Part shown: positions 1 through 11,921 of the stretch, one piece after another
Position numbering within the stretch: the first letter of the stretch is position 1
Layout: each line of letters starts with the position of its first letter
Assembly (NCBI GenBank): GCA_000934665.2
Contig: KZ538083.1
Location: 62,001-126,000 of the forward strand
Source: Catajapyx aquilonaris
Lineage: Eukaryota
Direction: 5' to 3'
Length of the DNA stretch: 64,000 nt
Notes under the pieces: model-generated
The model's database searches: none
What the model was told of the DNA's origin: nothing
Seen by the model: only the letters and a program-made list of their open reading frames with translations
Translations under genes and position numbers: made by a program

Positions 1-471
1 AGAGTTTGTTATTATACACATTGTACCTGAATTAAGGCAGTCCAATCACACAGGTGTCTTATTGCCAAGCAATTGTTTCAGTTTCTTATTGTCTTATTGA
101 GAAAATTAATTAGCACGTGTAATCATTTGATGGTTGCGATAACTCCATCACAACATGCGGAGTAGTAACCCTGTACGAGAATGAAGATTTTAAATTGCAA
201 TTGCATTTGCAGCTATATTACGCACTGACTGTGAGTTTGAGTTTTGTTGTGACATGCCATGTTAATATGTAATAATACGTGGTTTGTAACTGAAACTTTT
301 TGCTCCTGCACTACCTCCATACACATACTAGAATACAATCTGATATGATATCACAATATTCTGTTCCTTACAGTCTTTCGTGTGTTAGACAGTGTATTTT
401 GTGTGCCCATTGTGTCATTTTGGTAATATGGGAACATGTGGTTTTGTTTCAAAGAATTTGTTACTATACAC

Positions 472-922
472 ATTGGTGAGTGTGGCAGAAACACAGCAGG
501 TCTTGCTCTGATCAAGGTGGTGACTGAATTGCGCATTGTGGCACTTAGCTTTTGTGCACAGCAACTGTCAGTGAATTATTTATGAAGATTCTTGGATTCA
601 GTGTGGTGTTATCTTTTGCAATATTCAAATGGTTTACCGTGAAACTTGTCAATGGACTCATCATCAGCAAGTTGGGTCACACCTAGTGCTACGTTAAGTA
701 TTCCTTCATTACTCCCACAAGTATAGGCAAATATTTGTGTCTGTAACTCTGTATTGTCTCCTTCCACTGTTACATAAGGATAAAGCCTACCATACTCTAA
801 TCAAGGTGCATGATGAGTTGTGTAATGAGAGTACTCCGAATTTGCTTACTGTCAGTATGGTATCGGTACTTGATTTATGAAGAGCCATTGATTAACATTA
901 ATCCATGGTTGACACATGGTCT
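472..922. repeat. Diverged duplicate of the IR 5'-flanking region (partner at ~3032-3314)
   Basis: Shared blocks include attggtgagtgt, gactga.ttgcgcatt, tttatgaagat, gaaac.tgtcaatggactc.tcatc, tattccttcatt and atccatggtt..cacatg. This copy has an extra ~170 nt. Confidence 0.8.
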
Positions 923-1103
923 CCACTGCCAAAATGTGTGAAACCAGTGCCAGTTTAGGATGGCTGCCACAATGCACCAAACAAGCTGTTGAAACATTTA
1001 CAGTCGCGTGTCCTACACAAGTATATACACTGGGTATAAGATTTACTTGAACTCTTCAGCAAATGGAGCAAGCTGTCAAAAGAAGGGATGGTTATTGTCA
1101 CCT

Positions 1104-2984
1104 TCAAATGGTAAATGTGATGGTAGCTTCAGGATTAGGTGAATGACACAGGGTTTGCCTTTGGTTGGAGATTGGTCTCACCAAATGTAACTTGTTCATT
1201 GCAGGTTGAGGTATTGAGCAAGTTCGCTCACGTTGTTTGATATGAATGACGTAAAACTCGAGCAGCAAGCACACGGCAGACGTGCAAAGTCCAAATAAGA
1301 GTGCCATGAATACTGACTTCAAGTTATGTGTCGCCAGGGATTTGGGGTCACTTCGTTGAGACTCGATTTCACCGCTTTTAAACCATTTCATATTTTGCAG
1401 TTCTCTTTCTCGCTTTTGCCTAAGGTACGAGTTGTAATGAAGAATTCCGCATTCGGCATATCTCATTACGCCACGTTGAAGTGACTCAAGTGTGACTGAA
1501 TACATCTCAGTGGATACCGCACCAGTCACTATTGGGAGCCCGCTCTGCACTGCATGAATCTTATCCAGATGAAGTCTGTTCTCATCCTCATCGTCACTCA
1601 TCAGTTGACTTTCATGTATAAAACAAGCATACTTTTCCACTAGTGCCTTCCGAATGCACTTTTCCATAAAATCACGATAGTCATCGTCGTCATAATAGTC
1701 GATCCCACTAGCAATCACAGTTTCTACTTCAATATCACTGACATTCACAAGGGAATCAAAATAATAATCGTCCCATCTGCAACTACCCCACTTGTAGCCC
1801 ATGTCTACAAGATCAGTTAGATATTCCACATTTTTAACAGGCTTGTCCATAAGCAGTCCGACCATGTCTGAAGTGAAGAAGTTGCACATCAGGACACAGA
1901 AGAAGGAATACATGCAGAATATCCAGGTCGCAGCAGGTGTCAAGTCTTTCACTTCGATGGACTGGCACAAAAGGGGTGGGTACACTTTCAAAACAAAGAC
2001 GTTGACAATATTCAAGTCATTTTTAGGCTTCAACAGGTGCCAAAACATTGCTGTGACCCCCACAATCACGGTGACAAAAGGCAGTAGCACCTGCCAGGAA
2101 AATGGAAAGAGGAGAACTTCCCATATCATTGTTGGGGGGAAATGATTTGTTACTATAAGCATACTGTCCATACGGTAAGGTTGGGTGTAGCTGTAACTGT
2201 CGTTGAACATTATCGGCGTCCATTGCTGAATATCACTTAAATCACTTGTAGGAAGTTCGTAGCCGTTGTAGTGCAAATATTGTTCCAAGTAGATATTTAA
2301 ATAAAGATCTTTATTAAAGACAAATATTATTCTTCCACGAAAGTCCACCGGACTCATCTCATAATACAAATCTTGAAATAATGTCACGTTCTTTTCTTCA
2401 ACCGAGTCGTATCCAGCATTGCAGAAGTGGCAAGGTGACCAAAATCGTGCTGTCAGTTGTCCATTTTCTTCTTTTAAATTGTCCACACTTAATTGATACA
2501 TATGTCGAGTGTAATCGAAATCTACACTTTCGTGCTGCTGCTCATCTTTTAAGTGCAACAGAATGAAATCACGAGTAATTTTCCAATATCTCAGTGCATA
2601 AAAGAATAGGCCAAGTAGTGAGAGATAGTGCTGGTTCCTGGAGTGAACAAGAATGAAGAAGCACTGCCCCGATTGCTGGATGACCAGATCACTTTCCTTC
2701 ACACTCTTCGGATTCTCCTCTAGTGAAGCGATGACCACAGGATTAGTGTTCATCAGAGTCAGTAGTTGTTCCAGACCGTTGTCCAGTGCCCGTCCATCGT
2801 GAAGGATGGCCAAAGAGCAGTTTACCAGTCGAGAGTTCTCCAGGCTCATCCTGGACACTAATTTTACCAGAAGTGTCTCTTCGTCATGATCCTTGGATCT
2901 CGACTTCAGCACTATCACTGCTGCACAACTTTCCAATTGTAGGCCTACCAATAAGCAGGCAAAGAACACGGTTTTACAGAACAT
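1104..2984 (-). CDS. Intronless divergent ionotropic receptor (IR; variant iGluR-family chemoreceptor), ~626 aa
   Basis: Single long ORF. The first ATG (2984) gives the signal peptide MFCKTVFFACLLVGLQLESCAA. IR hallmarks occur in order: YTQPY..S1 end, 'LLFPFSWQV' before M1, 'LLCQS' pore region, 'FFTSDMVGLL' M3, 'LTDLV', 'RYAECGIL' S2 end, 'LKSVFMALLFG...LLLEF' M4. Confidence 0.85.
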   Translation of the reverse strand: MFCKTVFFACLLVGLQLESCAAVIVLKSRSKDHDEETLLVKLVSRMSLENSRLVNCSLAILHDGRALDNGLEQLLTLMNTNPVVIASLEENPKSVKESDLVIQQSGQCFFILVHSRNQHYLSLLGLFFYALRYWKITRDFILLHLKDEQQHESVDFDYTRHMYQLSVDNLKEENGQLTARFWSPCHFCNAGYDSVEEKNVTLFQDLYYEMSPVDFRGRIIFVFNKDLYLNIYLEQYLHYNGYELPTSDLSDIQQWTPIMFNDSYSYTQPYRMDSMLIVTNHFPPTMIWEVLLFPFSWQVLLPFVTVIVGVTAMFWHLLKPKNDLNIVNVFVLKVYPPLLCQSIEVKDLTPAATWIFCMYSFFCVLMCNFFTSDMVGLLMDKPVKNVEYLTDLVDMGYKWGSCRWDDYYFDSLVNVSDIEVETVIASGIDYYDDDDYRDFMEKCIRKALVEKYACFIHESQLMSDDEDENRLHLDKIHAVQSGLPIVTGAVSTEMYSVTLESLQRGVMRYAECGILHYNSYLRQKRERELQNMKWFKSGEIESQRSDPKSLATHNLKSVFMALLFGLCTSAVCLLLEFYVIHIKQRERTCSIPQPAMNKLHLVRPISNQRQTLCHSPNPEATITFTI

Positions 2985-4329
2985 TTTTCTATGTTCTACA
3001 TCTAAATAATTAGTGTTAGGATTCTCCCCTGATTGGTGAGTGTTGCTGAGACACACTAGTTCTTGTTGTAATCGCGATGGCGACTGAGTTGCGCATTTTA
3101 GTATTCGTGTGATGTATATAACTGTTAGCGAAAGATTTATGAAGATCTCCGGATGACTGACATATCGTGTCTGCTTTTGAAATATTAAAATGGATTGCCT
3201 CGAAACCTGTCAATGGACTCGTCATCCACAGGTTGGACCACACCTTGTGCTGCATTTACTATTCCTTCATTTCTACGAAAGTAACATAAATCCATGGTTA
3301 GCACATGATGGTCTTACATTATTTTGCACAACCTGACAATCAGGATATGGCCCACACCTTTCCTTAGATCACTAATATTCTCTATAAAATATTTACGATA
3401 GATGAGAAGCACACTAGAGATACGTATACACTATAAGGTCTAAAATAATTAAAGCAGCAACATCATGATTCATAAGTTTATTAATGTCTTAACATTCATT
3501 TGAAAACATGTAATGAAATGAAGCCTGTTTGGAACCAGTGTTAATTTTGTGCAAACTTCCAAGAACAAAGTATAAGCATATCAACTTTCTGAAGCACATG
3601 TGGTTAAAATATGGATTCTTGTCCTGTGATCTCACTCTCAAGCTTGGACCACTAAATTGGACGACCATTTTTATTATGGGCTTTCTAAAATCCACTGGTA
3701 AATGCGTAAATCACTGCCACATTTGGAATGTGAGACCTACAATCTGCAAACTATTACTAGGCCGTTACAGACTTTTATGTGCACTGTCTCATAAAGTGGC
3801 TCTAACTAGTCAGATATGAAATTAACAATTATTCATAAGCCATTGAGAAACATAGCGGGAAAAATAACATAAGCACCTTATATGGTCCTCATCCGTCAGG
3901 TTCATTTCTGCAAATAATATATACTGCATGCTTGTCAGAATGTTGGGATTGTTATTGAAAAAAATTATTATTCCTACGTGTTCCAAACATTGGGCAAGAG
4001 TACTGCCTGTACTACTCATTGCTTGTGATGTAATAATCAAGATGCAAAGTGTATTGCGTTGTTCTGACAGAGTTATCTCATGGGTTTGATTCATGTCTAT
4101 GATAGATTTTTAAAAAAAGTATACACAATGACATTATTACGGAGATAGGCGGTTGAGAAATGATAGAGTTTGACGCACAAAATGTGCTGATGCAAACACC
4201 CTGCATTCTTTTTCTCCCATAATTTTTTGACCAGTATGTTGTCATCCATCAACTAAAAACTTATCCAGTACAAGTAAATAAGGAAGACGGCTTGCCAAGT
4301 GATTAAAAAAGGGCGTGGAGTTCAACAAA

Positions 4330-4681
4330 AAAAATCATGTGACGTAACATGAGTATGACTTTGATGTGTCACGTTTTGAAATTCCCTCCGCGATTGACAC
4401 TCTGGCAACAGTGTGTGTCCCCCCCACAAAAAAATAAGTCTGGAAAAAAAGAGAAAACTGGACGCGCATGACGCGTCGGGAGAATAAAAAAAATTGAAGT
4501 GAAAAAGAAGGACACACAGTAGTTGGTCAGTGCTTGGTGGGACGAGAGGAGCTTGGTGTGTGTGAGCGTGTGTAGAAGGACTGGCGGGTCAAGCTGGGCG
4601 TCCCCGAGCACCAGCCCTCTTCGCCCCGGGGCACAGACGACGGCCACACACTTCCGACTGACTGTCCAGCAGAGGAGGACG
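4330..4681 (+). promoter_or_regulatory. Putative promoter and non-coding first exon of HMG-CoA synthase
   Basis: CpG/GC-rich island with TCATGTGAC/GTCACG motifs, Inr-like TCAGT at ~4527 and a G|GTGAGT donor at 4681/4682. The next + strand coding exon is HMGCS, whose acceptor (15858) lies just before the ATG. The linkage is inferred. Confidence 0.45.
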
Positions 4682-4955
4682 GTGAGTTGTTGTAGGCAGG
4701 GTGAACACGTTGGCAGGCAGGGAGGGCCATCCGATGCATGCTGTGTCACCACACGATTGGTACAGAGTTGTTGCTGTGTAGGTACATGCACGTTGGCTGG
4801 AAATGACTGTCCATGCTGGGTACGACTTGCTGGTTCACGATTTGATTCAACAGCGCAGTAAGAGTAGTGGGGGTACGTCAGGGTACCTAGTGTATCGTTT
4901 GAGAGAGAGAAAAAGTTGGGCTGGATCGTGCCAGATTGTCAGAAAAGTGAACGTA

Positions 4956-5246
4956 CAGTACAACCCCGATTATCCGACCGTCCCACTCCGGCAATGTATT
5001 CTCATCAAATATTGTAATGTAGGCCTACTAAGCGTTTGTTTTGTATTGCCTTAGTTAAATTTTAAACAGCAACGTGTGGACGTAAAAAATAAATACTGCG
5101 CTGTTTCTGAGAAAAGCGTAATGTAGTGCATTTATGATTTGATATGTATTTTTGTAGTGTTTCCGTTGCTCCTTGGATTATCCGACCTTTTCTGTTATCC
5201 GACAATGCCCCGGTCCCATGCGTGACAGATAGTCGGGGTTCTACTG
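4956..5246. mobile_element. Tc1/mariner (pogo/Tigger-like) MITE
   Basis: TIRs CAGTACAACCCCGATTATC / GATAGTCGGGGTTCTACTG flanked by TA on both sides; no ORF. Confidence 0.8.
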
Positions 5247-6902
5247 TATTGTCATTCAGAGATGGTTGATTAATCATGCCCTGGGTGACTCACTGGTAAA
5301 GCCCTGGGAGATTCATGCCTGGTAGATCTGATCAGCTAGTGTTACTCCTGGTTATTGTTGGGCACTGAGGCAGGAATAAGGATAAACATCCCATTTGTGA
5401 TATACTAGAGAGGGTGCGACTGGCCGCTGTCAGTACCCTTTGGTGTGAGTACTATGTACCGGGTGGAGCATGCAGGAACCTTTCATATATTAAAATAGAC
5501 TGGCCAGCGCAGGTGGTCATTGGCCACTGATATCAGTAGGGGTAGAAAGAGCATCTGGGCATGTGATCGTTGACGGTATGTTTGTATTTTTTTAAAGATT
5601 TAGTTTTGTGTAGGGGCTTCGGAGCCACCCAATTCTACGCACAACTCTCCAACTTGTCAGATATCAGTTATCAAGTGCTGTACATAATTAAGGTTTTGGC
5701 CAGTAAGGAGGAGCAGAGCTGTTGAGATGAGTCTGCGGATCAAGTTTCACCTTACGAGTGTAATCTGAGCTTATGCCTACATAACATTGCAGAGTTTAGA
5801 GAATTTGTCATTGAGCCAGGTTGCAAGATGCAGGCAATTCATATGGAAATAATATCATGTTGGGATAATGAAATAATTGAATTAAGTGGAGAGTATTTAA
5901 ATTATTGCGCAGGGAGAGACGAATGTCCGTAATGTTTTTATAGAGTTAGGCAATTTCCCTTTCCCACTTCCTCAGTCCTCAGCTGCAGAAAAAAGTTTTT
6001 CCTTTTTTTTGTGGCATCCTAATACTGTAATATATTATGATAGCTAAATGTGGATAGCATGAAGTTGAGGTGTAGAAATTTATTTACTTGTTTTTTGGAG
6101 TTTTTCATGGTGATTTCTTAGAGGTACAGTTTGGAGCCCTGCTATTTACAGTGTCAGATAAAGCAACTATTGTGATTGAAGGACATCTATTTTGCTGTTT
6201 GCTATTTGTTGTTTTATGTATGGGTATGTAAATCGCTGAGAACTTGCAAGTGTTGAAATAATGTACCTGGAACAGGACCCATGGGAATTCCTTTTTTACT
6301 AGTTGCGTAGTTGTAAAATTTTTTGAGATAGCCTTAACAATACATGTTACATTTTAAAAGAGACATATTTAATGCAGTGTAAACGATAGAATTCATCTTC
6401 ATAAGGGATCACAACTGACCTACAAGAATAATTATCATAAGGTGCATAAGTTATGAAAGGAGAGTTACAACTCATTTTGAAATTGCCTGTTATGTCATTC
6501 ATCATCACTGACCAACATTTCAAGGGTAAAGCAACTACTAAGTTGGCACTAATGTTGTTGATTAATGATGCCATTACTAAACTTGTGAGACTTGTTTATT
6601 AATGCGATTGATCAATTTCTTTGCATCATTCCAAAAAAAACTTGATTGCTTGAGTTATGCAAGTATTTCCTTATCGTTCGTAGATGGAGAAATAGAAGTT
6701 CACATCTAAATATCATAATCTGTACATCTTTGACAGTATTGTGGTAATTGCATTTGACCTTGGCTCTGATTCAAATGCAGGCCAAATTATTGAGTAAGAA
6801 ATTATTAATTACCCCTCTGCCAGATATGAAAGGGGTGTGTGACCAATGCTTATTGTGGCATCACCCTATCTTGCACTTTTATGATTCTGTGATGTGATCC
6901 CC

Positions 6903-6955
<53 letters not shown>
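6903..6955. repeat. (AAT)n microsatellite
   Basis: About 17 perfect AAT units. Confidence 0.95.
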
Positions 6956-6956
<1 letters not shown>

Positions 6957-9545
6957 GTTATTTACCTCCACCTTGGTGAGGGAAGTAAAATCCTCTAACG
7001 AGTATATATTGTGAGATTAAGTATAATGTATCATGTATCAGAATGCACTTGTTATTTTGAATTCCACACGTTATCATCTGTACAATAGGTGCATTCCTGT
7101 CAATAAGTATAGGTTCCGATTAGGAGCATGATGCATTCCCCTGCTATCATTGGCAATATCTAAATCTGATTGTCTTAATTGGCCTTTAGTATTTGTTAGG
7201 ATACTAGATCTTTAAAAAAAAAGTTCTACTCAATCCTGTTGATGTGATGCAGTATAATCTTACTGTTCACCTCAAGTTTTGTACTCCTGCCAAGAATTAC
7301 CCTCAATTTTCATGCAGACTTATAATTGGTGCTGCAGTTAAACCAAGATGACCTTCTCTGTTAAAAAATTAATGCATTTGCAACACACAGTAATATCAAT
7401 TTTGCTAAGGGATTATGCAAGTCCTTTGCCATGATCGTCGTCTCAAAAACTGGCCAACTCAGAATGAGTCAGACAGATGCTTCAGGATCCACATGATTAA
7501 TGATAGATACGGTATGAGTCAAAGTCATTATTTTGAGGGAATCATAGTTTTTCTTCTTCCACATCATTATTTCTTTATCATGAAGCAATGTCGTGGTTTG
7601 TAATAAGTTTAGGCTCTGTTTTGACATGTTTATAAAATATGGTTTGGACAGCCCACCTGCAAAATTTAACTGCCAGTTGTGTTGTAATGCAGGTCTGACA
7701 CGGGAATTGCAACAGGAAGGTTGTGGCCACCTATTGGGCATGAGTCTATTTCTGAGCTGCGTCAAGCCACTTTCTTCCAACGCTTCTCTTTCTTCCCCCC
7801 TAATTTTAGATGGGCGTCCCGGAGCACTATTTGAACCTTGAACAGGGCTTTGACAGGGTTGAATCGCTGCAAGGCACGTAACTGACTTTTTTTTCACACT
7901 TGGATTATGTGGAGAGAGCAAGTCATTACCTGTGATGGAGAGTAAAAGATTAGTGGCATTGTCACTGATTTTGACCTAAAAACCCACTGACCTCCTCTAT
8001 TCATGGCTACCTGTATAATCCTCAATGATTATTATGATGTGACCACCACGGCTGCAATTTCTACCTGTGAGCAAGGCAACGTTGAAGGTGGGATTGGGGA
8101 ACTGAGGTGCGTCACAAACTGAAGTGTTAATTTGGTCTCCCAACTGTGGTGTTGCATTACTTAAGTTTTAGCCACTTTGTGATAAGGGTAGTGGAACCAG
8201 AAAAGGCAGTTTTAAGCTTCGTTGCAGACAGGAAAGGTTAGTGCAAGCGGTACGTGATGAAAGAGAAAGTTATGTTCCAAGTGAATATCTGCGTTCACCA
8301 GTGATTTTTCAGGTGTTTATGGCCGTGGGCAGTAAACAATCTTTGGTGGAGAATTGGCTTTGGTGGAAAGTCAGAGTGGTGAGATAGGAATTGAATATTT
8401 GATCGGATATTTCCTGAGGGAGAATGTGGCGTACACCTTTGTGTACATTCGGATTGTTCTCAACGGAAATCCTCCACTCAGTTCTGCATATATCCTAAGT
8501 GAACTCCACCATTAATCCACATAAATGACAAATCCAGTGGGCAAATGAGTTGTTCGCATCAATTCATCCGCCAAAATCATGTGGTCGTATAGAGCAAACT
8601 TGCATTTCTGAGCTTTACTTATGAGTACCTATCTAGTCATTATTTGCCATTGTCCCTTTCCAAGTTGTCAAATAAAGTATTGCGGATTGCAATTAAATAT
8701 GAATTAAGTGTGACAAATGAGGGCTAGGGCAGTCCATCAGAAATGTTGAAATGAAGGACATTTCTTAATTTTTGATTGCAGCAATGCTTTGCTGGAAGGA
8801 AGGAAATACCAATATGGTGTTAATCTAAGTGTCATATAAATTTCTCCTGAGTATTTTTATGTGTATATCCACACGGTGAAATGACAAAATGGAAGAGCTC
8901 CGTTGAGGCCGAAGAATTCACATGCGAACCTCATGCTGGATGTATCGTCTTCACCTTACACAACGTCAGAGTTATAAAAAGTAATAAGGGGTTAAAGGGG
9001 CAAAAAGTGATGGAACTCTTTTGTGGCGTGTGAATAAGCAATGAAAGGTAATGGCATTGACGTCTCTTTTATGGCCTTGGGTCATAGGAAGATAATAATA
9101 AAAGGGAGGCTGGGAAGCTAGTGATTCCTAGCGTCATATTATCACTATAATTTATTATTTTGCAAACGTGTGTACCATGAAGTTGCCCACAATTGCTAGC
9201 GTCATTCCTGCTGTTCCACATTTATATTCCACCTTGACCCTGACACCTCAACCTTTAACCCTGTTGAAGAAGAACTGGAGCATGCATCTATCTGGAAAAG
9301 TGGCATAAAGGGGTGTAATTTTAAGTCTTCACCTTTTGACATCACTCAAAGCAGCAAGGAAGACTCATTACGCACATTGAATCCGGGATTGAGCAACAGG
9401 AATGGATCACCATGACATTTGTAGTTGTAGGGACCTGCAATTGCTGGAAATTGATCTCATTTCATTGCATTCAGCACAATTGCTAGTAATTAATAGTGCT
9501 GAATGCTGAAATGAGATCAGTTAATTTAAAATTAATTATGTGCAA

Positions 9546-9941
9546 CCGAAGCAGGTTGGTGGAATGGATAAGGCGTCCGACTGCTAATCGGGAGGTCCTG
9601 GGTTTGAGTCCTGGGGCCGGCGATCCTGACCGTGGTTTTCTGTGGTTTCCCACGGTCTACCCAGGAGAATTCCGGGGTTCCTTCCTAAATAATAGGCTAC
9701 AGCCGATTCCTTCCTTTCCTATCCTTGACCCATCCATGGGGAGGTGCGGTGTCGGTTTCTGACCCGCACCTAGGGGATGGTCTTGCAACCTGACCCCCTG
9801 GGGGACTGCACACGACCCCCAACCCTCCTCACAAATCCCTATCCTGATCCCTGCACCGGAGAGAAAAATGGTGGTAATCCACCCCCCTAAAAGGGCGTAG
9901 TTCCCTCCAATGGGGTAAAAAACAAACAACAACAACAACAC
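9546..9941 (+). mobile_element. tRNA-derived SINE with 12-bp target-site duplication
   Basis: tRNA-like head with A box TGGTGGAATGG, arm GACTGCTAATC and B box GGTTTGAGTCC; (CAA)n tail; TSD AATTATGTGCAA at 9534-9545 and 9942-9953. Confidence 0.9.
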
Positions 9942-11761
9942 AATTATGTGCAAGGAATGTGGATGCAAAAGTGTCACCTGTGGAACAATAATAAACTGCT
10001 CAGATTGGGATATTAATTAAGTGGAAGGGTGATTAATTGGCACCTATAATTATGCTGGAGTCGGCTACAGAAAAATATGGAGAAGCTCAGATGGAATAAC
10101 CAGAAGCAAGACCTCTTGTTTCGTGAACCTTTACTACGTACATGGGATACTCTAATTTTGAAAACGATGGGCACATTATTATATAGGGTTCTGTTTGTAC
10201 ATGGGAGGGCTTGTAATCAATGACCTACAGATAACTGGGGCTCACTGCATAAAGAGTGAACAGTTTTTGCTGCACTTGTTACCTGCTGGTGAGTTTATAT
10301 TTTTCCTGGATTATTTTTAAAAAGGTATGTTCCATTCAATGAACTGAATGACAGCCAGCTCAGATGATTGAGCTACATGCAAACCTCTAATAATTCTTGC
10401 TCCCTTATGTAGTGACCTTCATTTCAACATTATGGTACCTTTTTTTTGCAAATATTTGGTGGATGACGTGCAAAGTTCGGGTAACCTGTAATTGCCTTAC
10501 TGCAGGGACAGGCCATTTTTCAGGCTTTTATTTTTAAAGAGCTGCAAGTACGTCAGTGTTTTAAAAGTGCGATCCTTGAGAAAAATCTGGCTAGTTTTGT
10601 GACGCAATGTTGACAAGGTGAAATGTATTAAACAAAAAAAAAATCGGTGGTCTGACGTAAGGAAAGGTAATAAAATGCGCATTTTGAGTCTGGGTTGGAT
10701 GTGAATTTAAAGGACGTGTTTCTTCATGGACCGAAGGGAAATCCCCTATTCATTACAGCCACTTGTACAAATCATGCACCTTTATACACTCACGAGCTGC
10801 ATAATTTCCCACCAATAAACACTTTGGTCCCACGTATGTGATCGGAACATCAACACAGCAAAACTGGAATAGCAAGTCCCGTTAATGTAATAGTTGTAGT
10901 GAAAGTTTATAACACACCGTTATGCTGAATCTGATCCAGTAAGCTTGATTGGGATAAATCTCTTTCGGTTATGCCACAGCTAGATTTGGAATTAAATTGA
11001 CATGGGGTGAAGATGTACAATATTATTTCATGCACTTTCACTTACATTTGAGAGAGTTCTACTGTAACATTAACAGTACAATATTAACTGTAGTTTTCTT
11101 GCTGGTGCAAAATGGCTTTGTGTGAGTTCTACCTTGGATTTCTTCATCTGATGGTTGGGGGAGGATCTGTTGCATGGGGGTTAGCTTCTTCTGTGATGAC
11201 CACTCACGCAAGTAGTGGCCAAAAAAAACCGAAGGGTATACGTTATTTTTTTTGCTGTTATCACGTAGGAGCTTCCTGGCCAGTGGTTGCTCAGCAGGTA
11301 TTGAGTGGCGCCTCACATGTGGATAAAGGAGTTTTAAAAAAGAGTGGGAGGCCAAGTGCAGGAGATCAGTCGGATACAGGTGGTCGGAGAGTAAGCATCT
11401 TCTTTGTGCTTCTAGTACAGTGCAGGAATCATCCGCTTTGCAAGGTATTCTATTGTTAACGACACTGAATATTCTTTTGCACAATGCACAGCATTTGAGA
11501 TAAGTCCTTTGTCTTGAGCCAGCACTTGTTGTTTATATTGACATGTGGATCTTATCTGAGGGATGGAATTAGAATTGCTGCTAGTCAGGTAACCACAGGT
11601 ATCAGTGTCTGCGCTTATGGATTGGAGATTGCCAGTGCTGGTGTACCTGGTTGTTGTGCTTTTAATATTTACTTTCTCCTACACTCAGATGTGGGATGGC
11701 ATAATTTCTAGAAAATAGTATGGCCTATGAAATCTTGGGTTATTAGATTCTGATAGTAGTA

Positions 11762-11921
11762 TAGTTGAATCCGGATATTCCAGATTTCAAGGGTCCATGG
11801 AAATAAGTCTGTTATAGCCAAATACACAGGCTATATATGGGAGTTTTCCTGGACCGGCCTTTCGAGTATGTTATAACCGAAAGTCTGTTATAGCAGAGGT
11901 TGCTATATCCGGATTCAGCTG
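11762..11921. mobile_element. Internally deleted Tc1/mariner-type MITE (same family as 37598-38019, opposite orientation)
   Basis: Ends (c>t)AGTTGAATCCGGATA...TATCCGGATTCAGCTG, TA-flanked. Internal sequence matches the reverse complement of both ends of the 37.6-kb copy. Confidence 0.8.

Noticed and set aside
5278..5595. Possible degenerate SINE (A-box-like GTGACTCACTGGTAAAGC)
   Set aside because: No clear B box or TSD.
9546..9620. tRNA-Ser(GCT)-like gene
   Set aside because: No proper acceptor stem or long variable arm; it continues into a SINE body with tail and TSD.
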